DNA of 64,000 bases from Glaucostegus cemiculus. Taxonomy: Eukaryota. The stretch is from the NCBI GenBank assembly GCA_976551045.1, contig CDPCPM010000019.1, positions 4,464,001 to 4,528,000 on the forward strand, in the 5' to 3' direction. The stretch's first letter is position 1. Each line of letters begins with the position of its first letter. Made by a program: the position numbers and the translations under genes. Positions 49,381 through 62,419 of this stretch are shown piece after piece. The notes below the pieces were generated by a model, which saw only the letters and a program-made list of their open reading frames with translations, did no database searches and was not told the origin of the DNA.

Positions 49381-52300
49381 TTTATGCACAACGGTCTCGA
49401 ATAGAGCGTGATCTTATAGATTGGGACGAAAACGTCAGCGCTGTTAGCATAAATAGGTTTCCGATGCGGTTAATGTGAGCACTCAACTCGCTATATTTAT
49501 TATTTGTAATATAACTTTATATCTCATGGTTTGTAGCGTACTTTGATTTGAAATGAAAAATTAGCATACGGCCAATAAAGTTCGATTTGTTTAAATAATC
49601 AATCCATAAAATGAAAATGTCCCCTTTATGTTGGCTATAGGCTTAACGATAAATTACCAGCACAGCTGAATTGTTTCCAGAGATTTTCTTGATTAATATA
49701 ACCGTTTCAAATACAAAGTCCTGTTTAATAAAAATGTTGTCAAGCAGTGGCAATATATAGAAAAGAAAAAAACGGTAAATATGGAAATCTGAAGGAAGGA
49801 AAACAGGAAGTGCTGGGGATAAATAACAGGCCAGTCAACATCTGAAAGGGAAACGGTTAATATCTCAGGTGGGTTGCTTCAGTCAAAAGACCTAAATGAT
49901 ACAGAACAGTAAGATTATTGCTGGGACAAACTTACTATTTTTTTAAAATGTTATAGTAAATAAGCAATTAATCACTATCAAAGCGCATTTTTGACACAGT
50001 AATATGCTTCTTCGTAAAATCGCCATTTGACTGATTAATTTTCCACATTTACTCGAGAACTCAATTGTGTTGTATGAAATACCTTACTCGAAATCTGACT
50101 GTAGCACATTTAAAAGCTGATTAAAATATTTTTTGCAAAAGTTCTAAATCCAATTTATTTCAATTACACTTTTGCCTAATTTGAGCGTTAACAGCACTGA
50201 GACTTGGGTTAGAGAAGAATGCCCTAAAGTTAAAAACAAAATGAGTGCTTGTGGGTCGATCTGAAATGTTTTATTTGGTTCTCTACAAACCATCTGGCAT
50301 GTGAGTGCAATGGGTATTGATTGAGCTCAGTTTGCCGCAGACCCCATGCCAGCGTTACTTACAAACAGTCAGCCCATATATGCATCTGTGTGCTATCACC
50401 GCCATGAAGAACTAAAAATAAGGCAGCCCAAACTGTACGAACAGGTCTGCGGTAAGTACATGGTGTTTCTTTGCAATCATACTTTAAAGTATAACATTGC
50501 TCGATCTAATTGGCCTACGCTTTCTCGAAGTAAACTATTTATATTAATTGATTAACATTGCTGCTCGATGGTGATCATTTAGAATGATCACAGTAGATAA
50601 TACAGCTCCTAAATACAATAACTGTCCTTTAAAGTGAAAACATTTGCGATGGAAACGGGATAGAACATATATTCTGTAAAATACGCCAAATGTGAATTTT
50701 AACTGTTGTGTTATCTGATGTACGCGTGTTTTGAGGGAATAAAACAAACCTTCCTTTTCCAATTTGACTAAAGTCGAACGCGCGTCTTATTAAATAAAAT
50801 ATATCTATTTAACTTTTTATGTGTCTAGAATCTTATTTGTGCTTTGCCCTGCTGCTCAGAGAACATGACATGTGTGCTTCATTCAGTAAACATTGAAAGT
50901 GCAGGACAACTTTTCACGGTCAGGACCCTCAACCTCTCATTCTACTTTTCCTTTTAATCAGTAACGCGTAAACGATAACACATAGGAAAAACATGTTTCA
51001 AATCGATTACTCTAGCAAATTCTTTCTGTCAACTGTAGTGTTCTATTCCTCAGCATGCCCGACTAATTTCTGGTTAAAAGGAAGCATTTTATTATCTGTA
51101 ATAAAATCACACATAACTGATCATTTCCTTACTTACATTGGCGATGGGGTACTCTTCAGTCGTTAAAGAAAATAGAAAATAGCCAAGGCCAAAGATTATT
51201 TCATTATTTCATTAGTAATAAGATATTTACATATGCCTTATTAGATCAAGATAACACTGTTTAGTCCTCAAAATGATTGACATTCTTGACGTTTTTGAGT
51301 TTCCCCCCAAATATACGTAAAATAAATGATGTTGTTTCACGTGTTTCATTGCTCATTAATTGCAAAGGCAGATGACTGGGATTTCTATGGTTGCAGTTCT
51401 AAACTTTTCATTTCCAGGGCTGAAAAAACGTCATTGTTAAAAGGTCAACCAATGGAGACAATATTTGGCGTGAGGTACCTTTGTTGCAAGGCAGCTACGC
51501 ATAAAATCTTTTTATTGTTCCTTACAAAAGGACGCACAAGTTGCAGTTGATTTGGTCTGAATGCAAAGCTGTATTACATCTGGAGCTGCAGTATCAAAGA
51601 GTGACTTGCCATGTGTGCCTTTAAAATTTAATCTCGGCAAACGTTTTATATGCTAGCGAGATTCACTCAGCTCAAAATGAAACGTTTGCGGTTGTTCAGT
51701 TTCTCTGATATTTGACTGATCTATTATTACATCAAAAAAAGTATACATGGAAAGGTTAATTCTTCACTACCCATTCTCTTCTTTCTAGAAATTATCTAAA
51801 TCTTGATATCATTGTTTTGTTGCATTTTATGTTTCAGTGAATAATGGATTAAAATAGACATTTGAAACATTGCAACCAAGTTTAAAAAGCTTACATATAG
51901 GTTTCATAATAATGGCGAACTATAAACAAACCCTGTTTCAATTATTAACCAACTTCAAGAAAATTATTAAAGCAAAATTTCACTTGAGCACTGCATCTGA
52001 GATGTAGAAGTTAGGTCATTAACAATCACTTAAACATTCTTGGTAATATATGAAACGACCCTTTGATTTTAATGCGTGGGTTGTGGCATCATCATGGTTA
52101 CATGTTATATTCCGCAATTATTTTCTGTTTTTTTTTTAATTTAATAACTGCTGGTTATATGCAAGGCATTGTTCAAAGCCACTGGCCGAAGTGGACAAAC
52201 TATCATTAACTACTCCAGCTTACTTTCCAACTAATGTACTCCGTATTATATGTAAGAATCTTCCAAAGTGTTTGAACCTTCACGCCTAATCGTGAGAGTA

Positions 52301-55289
52301 TGTTCCGATTATTCACATCTCAAACTTCTATTATTGTTCCACATGATTTAGGTTTGGCATTACACAGATGAAATGTTCATAATGTTGGTGTTCGGCAGTC
52401 ATTTACCTGCATTACCACAGTGCAACGTGACCCCGGCACACCAAAAGAATGCATTATTGTCATCTTTATTCAGTGCGCACAGCTGAGCATACGGTAATAT
52501 TAGTAGTAGTAGCTGTTTCAATGATAATTCCACTCCTCAAGACACCAAGCAGCCCTGCACAGAAGCTTCAAAATTCACAGTGTGGTTATTACTAGATTAA
52601 TGGAAAACCAAATGGAATCAAAGAACGATCCATTGGGTTAGTCTGTAAGGTCTCGCAGACCCCCCAGAGTTAATGCAAAAGATTTTGGTAAACCTTGACG
52701 CTTTCCACGCTGGTTGGACTTTATTGGCCTCGTAGAATTAAATCAACCTCTGCTTAAAACTCTTTTGAGATCAATCTTCGACATCGCCGAGCATTTCCGA
52801 AGCCCAGTACAATGATTGCGGTTTAGACGCATTATAAACTTCCAAGATAATTAATTGCTTTGCGTGCCGAAACATTATAAATAGTTACCTTTGGTGGGAA
52901 GAATGACAGAGCAACTGTAATGTGGAGCTTTTAACTGTTAGCTTGTTCCTCCATGTTAATGCGATTATCTCATCATTAACATTGTAATTAAACGCACCAA
53001 GAGATTGTTTAAAAACAATTTACAAAAGACCCAGTAAGAATTTTTCCACAAACTATTTGTATAATTGAGCTCTTCTCCTAAATTAATATATTTATATTTA
53101 AATGAAGAACAAAACGTCATTGCTTAGAAAAGAGAAAGTCAAAATTAGATTGAGGAAAGCTGTACGATTTAGTCGCTTTCGTTCATTTTCATTTTTAATC
53201 ATTGTATTATTTTATGGACTCAGCTTCCATAAATTTCGTTTGATTGGTTAACGCCTGAAGCAATACTTGTTTTAATCATAAATTTTGATTTTATCTTATC
53301 GATTAATGTGTAGGACAGATGGAATTTTCAAAACAGGGAGCAGTTGCAGTTCTTTCATAGCCCAGCACCAACCGTCTCTATTATTTTCAATGAACTTGCT
53401 TTTATCCAACAGGTTTAGCGATGTTGGGGTTAATTTTATTCAAGAAAGTCGTCCAGAAACTGGTTAAAAAAAGATTGCAACGTCGAAAACAGAGCTGAAT
53501 TTACAATGAAAAAGCATTTGACCAAGTTTTGTTGAGGATACTGATGTTGTTAATTAACGTGTAATATACTGCAAATTGTTTTAAGGACTCTTTAAATGTC
53601 CTTAACTAATCCAAATTGGGCCAATTTCTTTGCAAGGTATCAAAGAAGATTTTGAGAGTTAACCTCGGTCTGCCCTCACGCTGTCCTTTAGCCGCTGCAT
53701 TTAATTATTCGCGTTACCTATTGTAATAATTAACGTGTACTCGTCCAGGGGAAAATAGCCCGTAACACACTACTTTATTTTTAAAAAAAATTCCCTAATC
53801 TGTTTTCAGATTAAGTTTGAAAATTTTTACCCGCGTCAGGGATTTGGCAGGGAAACTAATCCACAGAAGCAAAATGCTAAGAAATGGGCCAACATGGATC
53901 AGTTTCGTTTTAGGAGCTTTTACCACTGTCTGTTAAATTTCAAATTAGTTATGTTAGAATAATTATGCTATACTCTCAAATAAGAAAAGTTCTTATTGGA
54001 AAATCCTACTCGTTGCTTATCGCGTCTATCCATATACGACCATGCTAGAATTCACGAAATAATCCAGTTTTGTGTGGCACTCCAGTTTGTTTCTGGTTTG
54101 TTCTGAAAACGGTAACTGCTAATGACAATTTACGCATATGGATTACATTTATTAAAAGAGTCAACACGCTTACATGATATGGACGTTAATGTAGTATTCC
54201 TACACTGAATGCAAGCATATATTAAAATTAATTCACATAACCCGAACGAATTTACCTAATTTAAACGATTGTGAACCTAACCCATCTAAATTTACGTATC
54301 GAAATTTTCACTCAGTGTATAGTTAATGCATTTTATAGTGAAAGATCACTGCGTATATAAGTCTAGTAAATAGGTGCATTAAAATAATTTAAGGTATCAA
54401 ACAATACCGTACTAAATTGGTAACAGGCTAATTTAACCCAGATTTCTCCATTATTTTTTATCCAACATCTAGCAAATGTTTCTCCACAAAATCATTTTCA
54501 AAAGGTAACTTGAAAAAAAGAGGAGTCGATTTTATATTTAATTTTTTCTCTTGTAAGTATGGGAAAGGTACACATCCATGTTTATCTGTAGATTGTGGTA
54601 TCATTAAGCACACAGTGCAGGTAATTGAGTCATGAATCTTCAATCCTCAATTAGTAAACTTTCAGAATAAACAACGAATTTATTAAGTACGATTTGTGTT
54701 ACTTTATACACATCAGTGACCAGATTACTAGATTATTGAACACTTTCGAAATGTGCCTTATATGGTGCATCTTTATTTTACCGTCACGCTGAAATTGAGA
54801 ACTAGTACGTGAAAGTACTCTTTCTAACCTGAGCGGTATTCTAAAGTTCAGTTTACCTATTCGCTGGCTGGAATACAGACAAATTCATGTTGATTGAAAA
54901 CGTGTAATAACTGAGATACAATTCATCATTTCTTTCTATAACTAAAGGTGATTCCAAAGTTTAAAATAAACGTAATACTTATTTCTTTAATAACTTAGAA
55001 GTTAACTTTGTGGCACGTTTGCACCTAGAAGTTGTTCGAGAGGCGAGTAATAGCCATAATTTAGAATTAGTTATAGTATTTAGAAACTGATTCCACGTAT
55101 ATTAATAGCCGCTGAGAATTTAGTGGATGCGTCATCTGCCATTCACACTAAATAAATAAACATGTTAGTTAGTTGCCGGACAATACTGAATAAATTGCTC
55201 ACTCCTTTCTCGGCGCTAAAATTGAATGGTAATACCTCTCGCCAGGGTCTATTTCGCCAGCATGCCTTAATTCTCCTTATTCAACAACT

Positions 55290-55336
55290 GCGCTATTCAC
55301 CCACTTACTGATGCGCTATTCACCCACTTACTGATG
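55290..55336. repeat. Perfect 23-bp tandem duplication
   Basis: gcgctattcacccacttactgat occurs twice in tandem. Confidence 0.9.
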
Positions 55337-56261
55337 TCTGCCAACATACTCTAGGTTCAAACTGTTCCAGTGCTAGTTTGAGCGCTCACACAGGGAGTTC
55401 TAATGAATCGCAGTGAAAGTGATTGGACCTTAAACCATATTCTACTGAGTCAAGTGACTCTACCAATGCGTACAATGTGTGTTGTGCAGATGCAGCCGGT
55501 TCTTGATATAATTCAAATTGCTGCAGATTTTGTGCTGGTTTAGAAGTAGCATAATCACTAGCATAATTATTATTATTTAAATAATAACATGGAGTAGAAC
55601 CGTGTCTTTACAAAACGCTGGCAAATGTGCAAACGAGGCTTGCAAATTGTTTTTTTTTACACATAAACTTTCAGACGCCGAGTTGAATTAATACACGTAG
55701 AGCGTATTGGAATTGTTCGTACTTTGATAAAAGCAGTGTTCCCGTTGTTAGTGTTGTTTGATGTTGTTGGTGCTGGTATACTATATTTGTATTGATTATG
55801 TAATGGGCCACGTTTCACAGTTTCTAGAAAAAAATTGAAATGTTCCACAAATATTTTTGATAGAATGAAAGGAAAATGTGTCATAGTCATGGGTTTAGCA
55901 CTTTGCTTTTGTGTTGTATGCGAGGAATGTGCGCCCGGAGACTGGCAATGCAGTTGCAGGCAGAAATCCTTTTAATAATATACATTAAAAAAACGCGGTA
56001 GGCTTAATGATATTAATTATCCCTGAATGAAAACAACAGTCAGCTTTCCGATGTTCCTCTCGCATCTGAAACTTAAATGTATTGCAGAATAAATACCATT
56101 AAAGATGCTCACTTTAAAAGAACTTTATGATACGATTTCACGCTATTAAAGGATAGTAATAAGAAAATACTATTTAGATTTTCCACAAAACTGGATAGTA
56201 TTTTTATGGATACGTCTGTGCAATGACCACATTACATCTCCAAATCACAAAATTAGTAGTT

Positions 56262-57080
56262 TATAAGAACGTGAGAAATAGGAGCCGTAGGCCATTCGGC
56301 CCTTTGACCCTGTTCCGCCATTCAATATCACGGCTGAATTACTTTAATTCGACTTCCCTACTTCCCCTCCAAATCCCTAGATCCCCTAAATATACAAATA
56401 TCTACCGATATCTGCCTTGAACATACTCGAGGACTAAACATCCACTGTTACCCTGCATGGAGAATTCCAAAGATTCACAACTATTCACGTTAAGCAACTT
56501 CTTATTCAGTCTAAAATAGTCAAGTCCTTATTCTGAGGTTGTGTTCATCAGTTGTTAGCGAGGAAGGTCCGCTCTTGCCACTCACCCGCCTCTCCTAAAT
56601 TTGACCTTTCATCCTAAACTCCAGGTAGCGTGGGTGTAGTCTGGTCAATGCCCTCAGTAGAGGAAACAGTCTTGTGAACCTTCATTGCAAGCGTACTCAG
56701 GTCAAGAGTATCCTTATTTAGATTACGAATTTGTGTAGTGGTTTAATTGTGGTGTCGCCAAGGTCCTTTATAATTGCAGCGAGTTTGTGGTATGTTTTAA
56801 TCCAACTGTAATAAAGCCTGACGTATCATTTGTTTTCGCAGTTCCTTTGCTGCAGCCACATGCGAGTTTCACTTTTGGCTCCACCAAAGGACACGTGGGT
56901 TTATCTGAAGACCACAGCTCCGATCCTTTCACTCTTCAAAGGGTATTCTGCTTTTCCATTTTCCCTATCAAAGTGGATAACCAGATGCCGCTATATTACT
57001 GTACATTCAACCTGCCACGTTCTTGCTCAACCGCATCACCTGCCTCTATCTGTCTAAGTACATTTGGTCCTCTCACCTAA
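56262..57080 (-). mobile_element. Old CR1 LINE 3' fragment
   Basis: A CR1 tail 'ataagaacgtgagaaataggagccgtaggccattcggccc' is followed by degraded ORF2-like sequence. Confidence 0.7.
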
Positions 57081-59010
57081 ATCGTGGAATTAAGGCTTTA
57101 CATGAAAACATTTCTGAAGGCCGGTAGACTAACACGAAATTAAAATAAACATTTATCTTCAATATATAGAATCACACTCATCTTTTTGGATGAACTTGGT
57201 AAAGTTTAAAGAAAAGGCTTTACTTTTGTAGCCATTATCAACCACACGCCAAATTCCCCGACTTACCATAAACATCGCCATGCAGAATGGCGGCCTTTAA
57301 ACCTAACACGCGTTCTTTATTTCGAAGAAAGCTCAGTTACTTAACGCCAACGTCATACATATACTCCTTGTGGCCACATTCTTTTCCTTTCGTTCAAATA
57401 GACCGGCCTGGTCAAATCCATAGCGCTGCAAGAAGCTGAAGCCAGTTAACTACTCCAACTGCTCCCGAAGGAAAGTTGGATTCTTCATAATGCAAAAAAA
57501 AATACAAAATGACACAATTTTTGTGATGTTTTAAGCAGAGCTTTCTTAATACATTACGACCAATGAGAACGCAAAACACTTTTAAAAATCTTTATACATT
57601 TAACATCAATCCCTCAAGCCAGTAAAACAACGTTCTCATATAAGTTAACAAGTAATTTAATATAGATGAACATTCGCAAGCATGGGAAAGTATATACAGA
57701 CTTCAATCAACAAAATTATTCAGTTTCTCAATACAACTGAGCATTGAGTTCTTTTCGAAAATTCTGCGTTAACACGGCAGCAGAGGCATATAGCAACACT
57801 GAGATTGGCAACCCAGCCAAGGTATTCAATGCATCTTCAAAACTTATTTGATATCTTTTGAAGCGGTGAAGGAAACATTTTGTTTTAAAATACCGGTACA
57901 AAAGTAGTACATTTACCATCTATTTGATGATTAAGAAAAATGCGAAACATACGTACAAAAGACCAACATGTCCACTTTGACAACGATAATCGATATAAAT
58001 AGGTGTTGAAAGATATTACATTTTATTTATGGAAATGCTTAAATCAACTATTATTTTGCAATCCTCTAACATTCTACTATTCACGACCGCGTCCTTCAAA
58101 TCTAACGTGAAGCATCACTTCCCGCTATATTTTGTTCAGAGATTCGCCGAGGCGGCTAATAAAATGATTGCATGCTCTTTTGTTTGAACTGTTGTCTCCA
58201 GTAATATTATGTATAAGGGATTGCATTTGATTTTTCATTCCTCGGCCTGTTAAATCAGCCAGAGCATACGGTCGATGTTAAAACGCAAGGAACTGGTCTG
58301 ACATTTTTTAAATAAAAAAAATCAAGAGGGTTACAACTACAATTAATTGTAGAAACCTTGTGCAGGCAATATGAAACGTGCAGACTGTGGCTTTTATTAT
58401 TCGTTTCCTGACAGGTGATTGCTCAGACCGAGCGAAATCACTCGGATTTATTTCTCATTTTCATATTTTCCACCATTCTTTATGACAGTTAGAACAGTTT
58501 GAGCATTGGTATTTTCTGTAAATTCATTCACGGACGTGGACATCGTTGGCAAGGGCGACATTTATCGTCTATTCTTAATTTGTTTGGGTTTTGTAGCTAA
58601 CATATTAGGCCTAAATAATTCTTAAGCCTACACTGCCATCAGCAGAGTGGCACGGCCGGCCACTGCTGATACGACCAGCGCATTTTGTCCCGCCACTGTT
58701 CACGGTAACACGGCTTCTCCCGTCAGTGAATAATCATGTATAAACGGATCCTTATAATTCAATACATTCATTTGTGTATGTAAAGCCTCAAAATTCACGT
58801 CTAAGCGCTTCTGACTACTTTGAAATACAAAATACATGTTTGCTACCACAGTGCACGAAATTTCATGAACAAGTCAGGCCCACAGTGTTAGAATTAATTT
58901 GTGATGTGTTCCACGTAGCGTCGCCAAGAGAGAGCCCACGCATTGGGTACATAATGCATTTGAAACATAAACTGAACAAGAATGGGAAAACATACTTCAA
59001 AAGCATCACA

Positions 59011-59296
59011 TTAAGAGGCACAATGTGAAAGGGTCAGTTTCGTCAAGCCCTCAGTGTGTAGCTTGAACAACAGCTTGAATTCTGCTGGAAGTTGGTGGGA
59101 TTCTTGCCACTTGGTAGTGAACTTTGTTCCCTTTTTGTCATAGTAGTGATATGGCAGTTCTTTTCCTGTGTTGGGATCCCATCCGAAAGGCCAAAATCCG
59201 TACAAATGAATTTCTTCGCAAATGGCAGAAGCCAACGTATACATCAGGATGCCCGTGCTTAAGCGCTTTGGGGACAGCTGTTTGGTTTTCCAGTAT
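59011..59296 (-). CDS. ST8SIA3: ST8SIA3 (alpha-2,8-sialyltransferase III), last coding exon
   Basis: Acceptor aacag|A at 59297/59296. Translates as YWKTKQLSPKRLSTGILMYTLASAICEEIHLYGFWP (sialylmotif S)...HYYD (motif III)...HQLPAEF (VS)...LSHCAS*. Confidence 0.96.
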
Positions 59297-59977
59297 CTGT
59301 TTAACAGTAAAACAGCAAAATGTTCACAAAACTGTTTTCGATTTTTTTAAAAATCGACATATCACGGATTTCTTTCTCGAAGAATATAGCCCCTTCCTGT
59401 AAATGCCCTGCTTCTCTCTTTTTCTCAAGTATTGTCTTTCAATTTGTCTTCCACTCTTTTCTGTAAGCCTTTTCAGTCCTTTTTCTTAGTGTTTCTCGGT
59501 GTCTGCAACTTTAAACTCTTTGCTCGACCTTCTCCCGCCTCCTGTCTTCTTACATAGATAATTATATAATATATAATCTGTATACTCGGGCATTCTTATA
59601 TAAGGAGTACGCCTACAGCATGCCTAATACTCCGATTATTTCTGTACGGTTCCATATATGCTTTCTTTCTGGTTATTCTATTCTTAACAAATTCGACTTT
59701 TACATATTTCCAACTTCTCTCATGGAGCCGGGAGACAGATTGGAATTCCGAACTTCGGGTAACTGTAAGTGTAACAATTTCTCTGTGGGCATATGTAGTG
59801 CTACAGCGAGGTAGATGTGAACATGGTTTGGGAAGGAGTGGAAAACCTAGGTTAGCGGGGATGGGAGTCATGGGGCAAAATCTGGGGCTAGGATTGCGTT
59901 TGGGATTTCAATTCGTAGTGTTAGGAACCTGGGATCTGCGGTTCTATCTCATCACGGACAAAAAAGGTTAGTTCCGT

Positions 59978-60110
59978 GTTCTGATGGGGGTTATCGACCT
60001 GAGCGTTAACTCTGTTTTTCTCTCCACAAAATGGTATCTGATCTGCTGAGTATTTCTAACACTTTCGGTTTTTATTTCAGAATTCCGGCATCTGCAGTTT
60101 TGTTTTGCTT
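59978..60110 (+). mobile_element. Penelope-type terminal-repeat fragment in the last ST8SIA3 intron
   Basis: 'ctgatgggggttatcgacctgagcgttaactctgtttttctctccaca...tttcagaattccggcatctgcag'. Confidence 0.55.
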
Positions 60111-61197
60111 TTCGATGAACTTGAATACATCGGATTAGGTAAGCGAGAGGTTGGTTGGACAGTGCTAGTTGGGAAGGTGGGAGCTACTTGCTCAGCATTT
60201 GAGGGATAATGTTCTGATAACATGGTTTGAGACAATTTGATATCCACTATATGTTTGTCAACAATAGATACATCAATTAAATGTATAAAGGGAAACATAG
60301 ATCATTTATTCCAATATTATAAATTGCTATGGCATCTTATAATGCTAAGTAATTAACATGCAAAAAAATAATTAAACGATAAACATACCTCACACGTAAA
60401 TATAAATGGTTTAATATGTAACATTAAAATACTATAAATCCAATTACTATAACTAATTCTGCTAATTTCTAGAGGGATTATTAATAAATACTGAGAAATT
60501 GAGAGATTTCAATATTCACAACTGAAACTGCCCGAGAATGATGGTAAGTGTTCAATGGGCTTTGGTTTGACTTGTGCCTGCCAATCGAAGTGGTGAGCGA
60601 CCAGGAACAAATGCAAGTCTCGTTCTTTAAAATGGCGGAAATCGATAACTCCAGAAAAATGAAGATAGCAGGGCCTCACAAGTTACTTAGGATATATGGG
60701 TTGCGTGGGGAACAATTGGTTGGAAAGAATGCTACCGGAGATGGTCAAATATTCCAAAAAGGTGGCGAACTGGATTCAAGCACATGGCTTGAACCCATCC
60801 TGGGCAGCAATACTAGTCAATGAATTGGCAGGAGCGTGTACTGAGGGCATGTGGCACAAGCGAGCAGTTGGAAGATTGCCATTTTCAGGTGCCCTTTCGT
60901 GATTTTTATTTGGAATTCTTTCTAAAGGTGGTAACGATGTTATAATTTTAACTTTGAGGGTTATAAACGAAGCGAACCAAGGGGTACAGTGGCAACATTT
61001 TGTTCGGTCTACGGATGTTGTAGAATGGTGTTGCACAGTATGATGGATATTGCGAAGATAATCAATTGAAAACAAGTACAGAAATTTAACTAATGAAAAC
61101 CAAGAACGTAAATTAATGAAATAAAAACATAATATACACATGTTATTCACATATATTTGCACTACTGACATGGAAAAGTTCCTTACACCTTACTTAC

Positions 61198-61755
61198 TTA
61201 TTGATATGTTGCATTATGTTCCCAGGCCAGGCCAACTGGACCTTCAGTTGCGCTCTGTGTTCAATAAAAAAATCTACCAACGTTCTTGTTACAGGAGCAG
61301 AAGTGTGAAAGAAAAATGCAGGGATCCAAAGAATGGCTCCGTCCAGCTTTTTAAGATTTAGAAAAAACTTATTTCGATCTTGAATTGTTAATAGGTTGTT
61401 GTAGTACTTTTCAAGGATACTTGGGTTGAAGGTCGTAAGATTCGTTTTTTTTCCAACATCATTTTCGAAAGTTTCAGTCGGTGCGAAGTTGCAACGGAAC
61501 ACGAAATCGGACTTATCAATGTCAGCTCCACAACCGCTTCCTGTTAGAATCCCACTGTTCCCAACAACTGCACAAGTGTTGTAGTGCATTTTTAATATAG
61601 GGGGCACCTCGGGAAGTAATGATCGGAAACCACTGCTTACAGAAAAAACGTATTTGTGATTGGAATAGTCATAGTGCAGCAACTGTCCAACTCGCACGTT
61701 TTTCTTAATCAATGTGAAATTTTTAAAAACATCGACATAGCGGCTGATGTCTTTC
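61198..61755 (-). CDS. ST8SIA3: ST8SIA3 penultimate coding exon (558 bp) with sialylmotif L; upstream exons lie beyond the window
   Basis: Acceptor ttttag|G at 61756/61755 and donor AA|GTAAGT at 61198/61197. Translates as [13 protein letters not shown]...[32 protein letters not shown]...[11 protein letters not shown]. The phase-2 join to the next exon gives K-YWK. Confidence 0.96.
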
Positions 61756-62419
61756 CTAAAACAAAAAAAGAACGAATTAATTCAGTTCATTCAGGCCTAT
61801 GGACTTAAATTCCAAAAAAAAGTTTCTACCTCTAATAAAATCATTGTCTGTGAAAGCGAGGTTTCACTTGCAGAGAGGAGATCAAATTTTAAAAAAACAT
61901 ATTGAAAGGGAAAATATATCTTGATTAAAATGTTATAAGTTTGAAACTGGGATCCTTACTGACATGACCATATCATAAGCCATTAAGATTTTCTTTCAAT
62001 TTCGCACAATACTTTAAGCTTTATCATTTTGTATCATACCACAGCAATAGCAGACCTCCGGCTGTATTTGTAAGCTGCCCTTCCAAGGAAGGAATGAGTG
62101 GTGGGAGGCAAGGGCTTGGCAAGGATCCATTTTACACGCTTGAAATAAAGTGGGGAAGTCTTGAAACATGACTAAAGAGAACTGAAGTCTGACTCTGGCA
62201 GTTCAGCCACCCTCAGAAATTTAAACCTTGTCGATATACCTTTGCTGTAAAAAGGAAGTTACGTTGAAAGTCCACTTTGCAAGTTTGCTGCGGATGTTGT
62301 TGCTACGGCCACTTCCAACTGGCAAAAATGCAGGATCCAGAAACTTCAAAGCGAACTGTGACCTGCAAAAACAGTCAACAAGGTTTATTTCGCATTGACA
62401 ATTACCTCACTATGGCTTT

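Noticed and set aside
21854-55336. Direct repeats (21854/23067, 24046-24083, 55290-55336) as a CRISPR-like array
   Set aside because: Each occurs only twice with no repeat-spacer periodicity or cas genes, and the locus is vertebrate.
60548-60902. Protein-like + strand ORFs in the ST8SIA3 intron
   Set aside because: They are short, have no motifs or splice support, and the DNA looks like a decayed LINE 3' relic.
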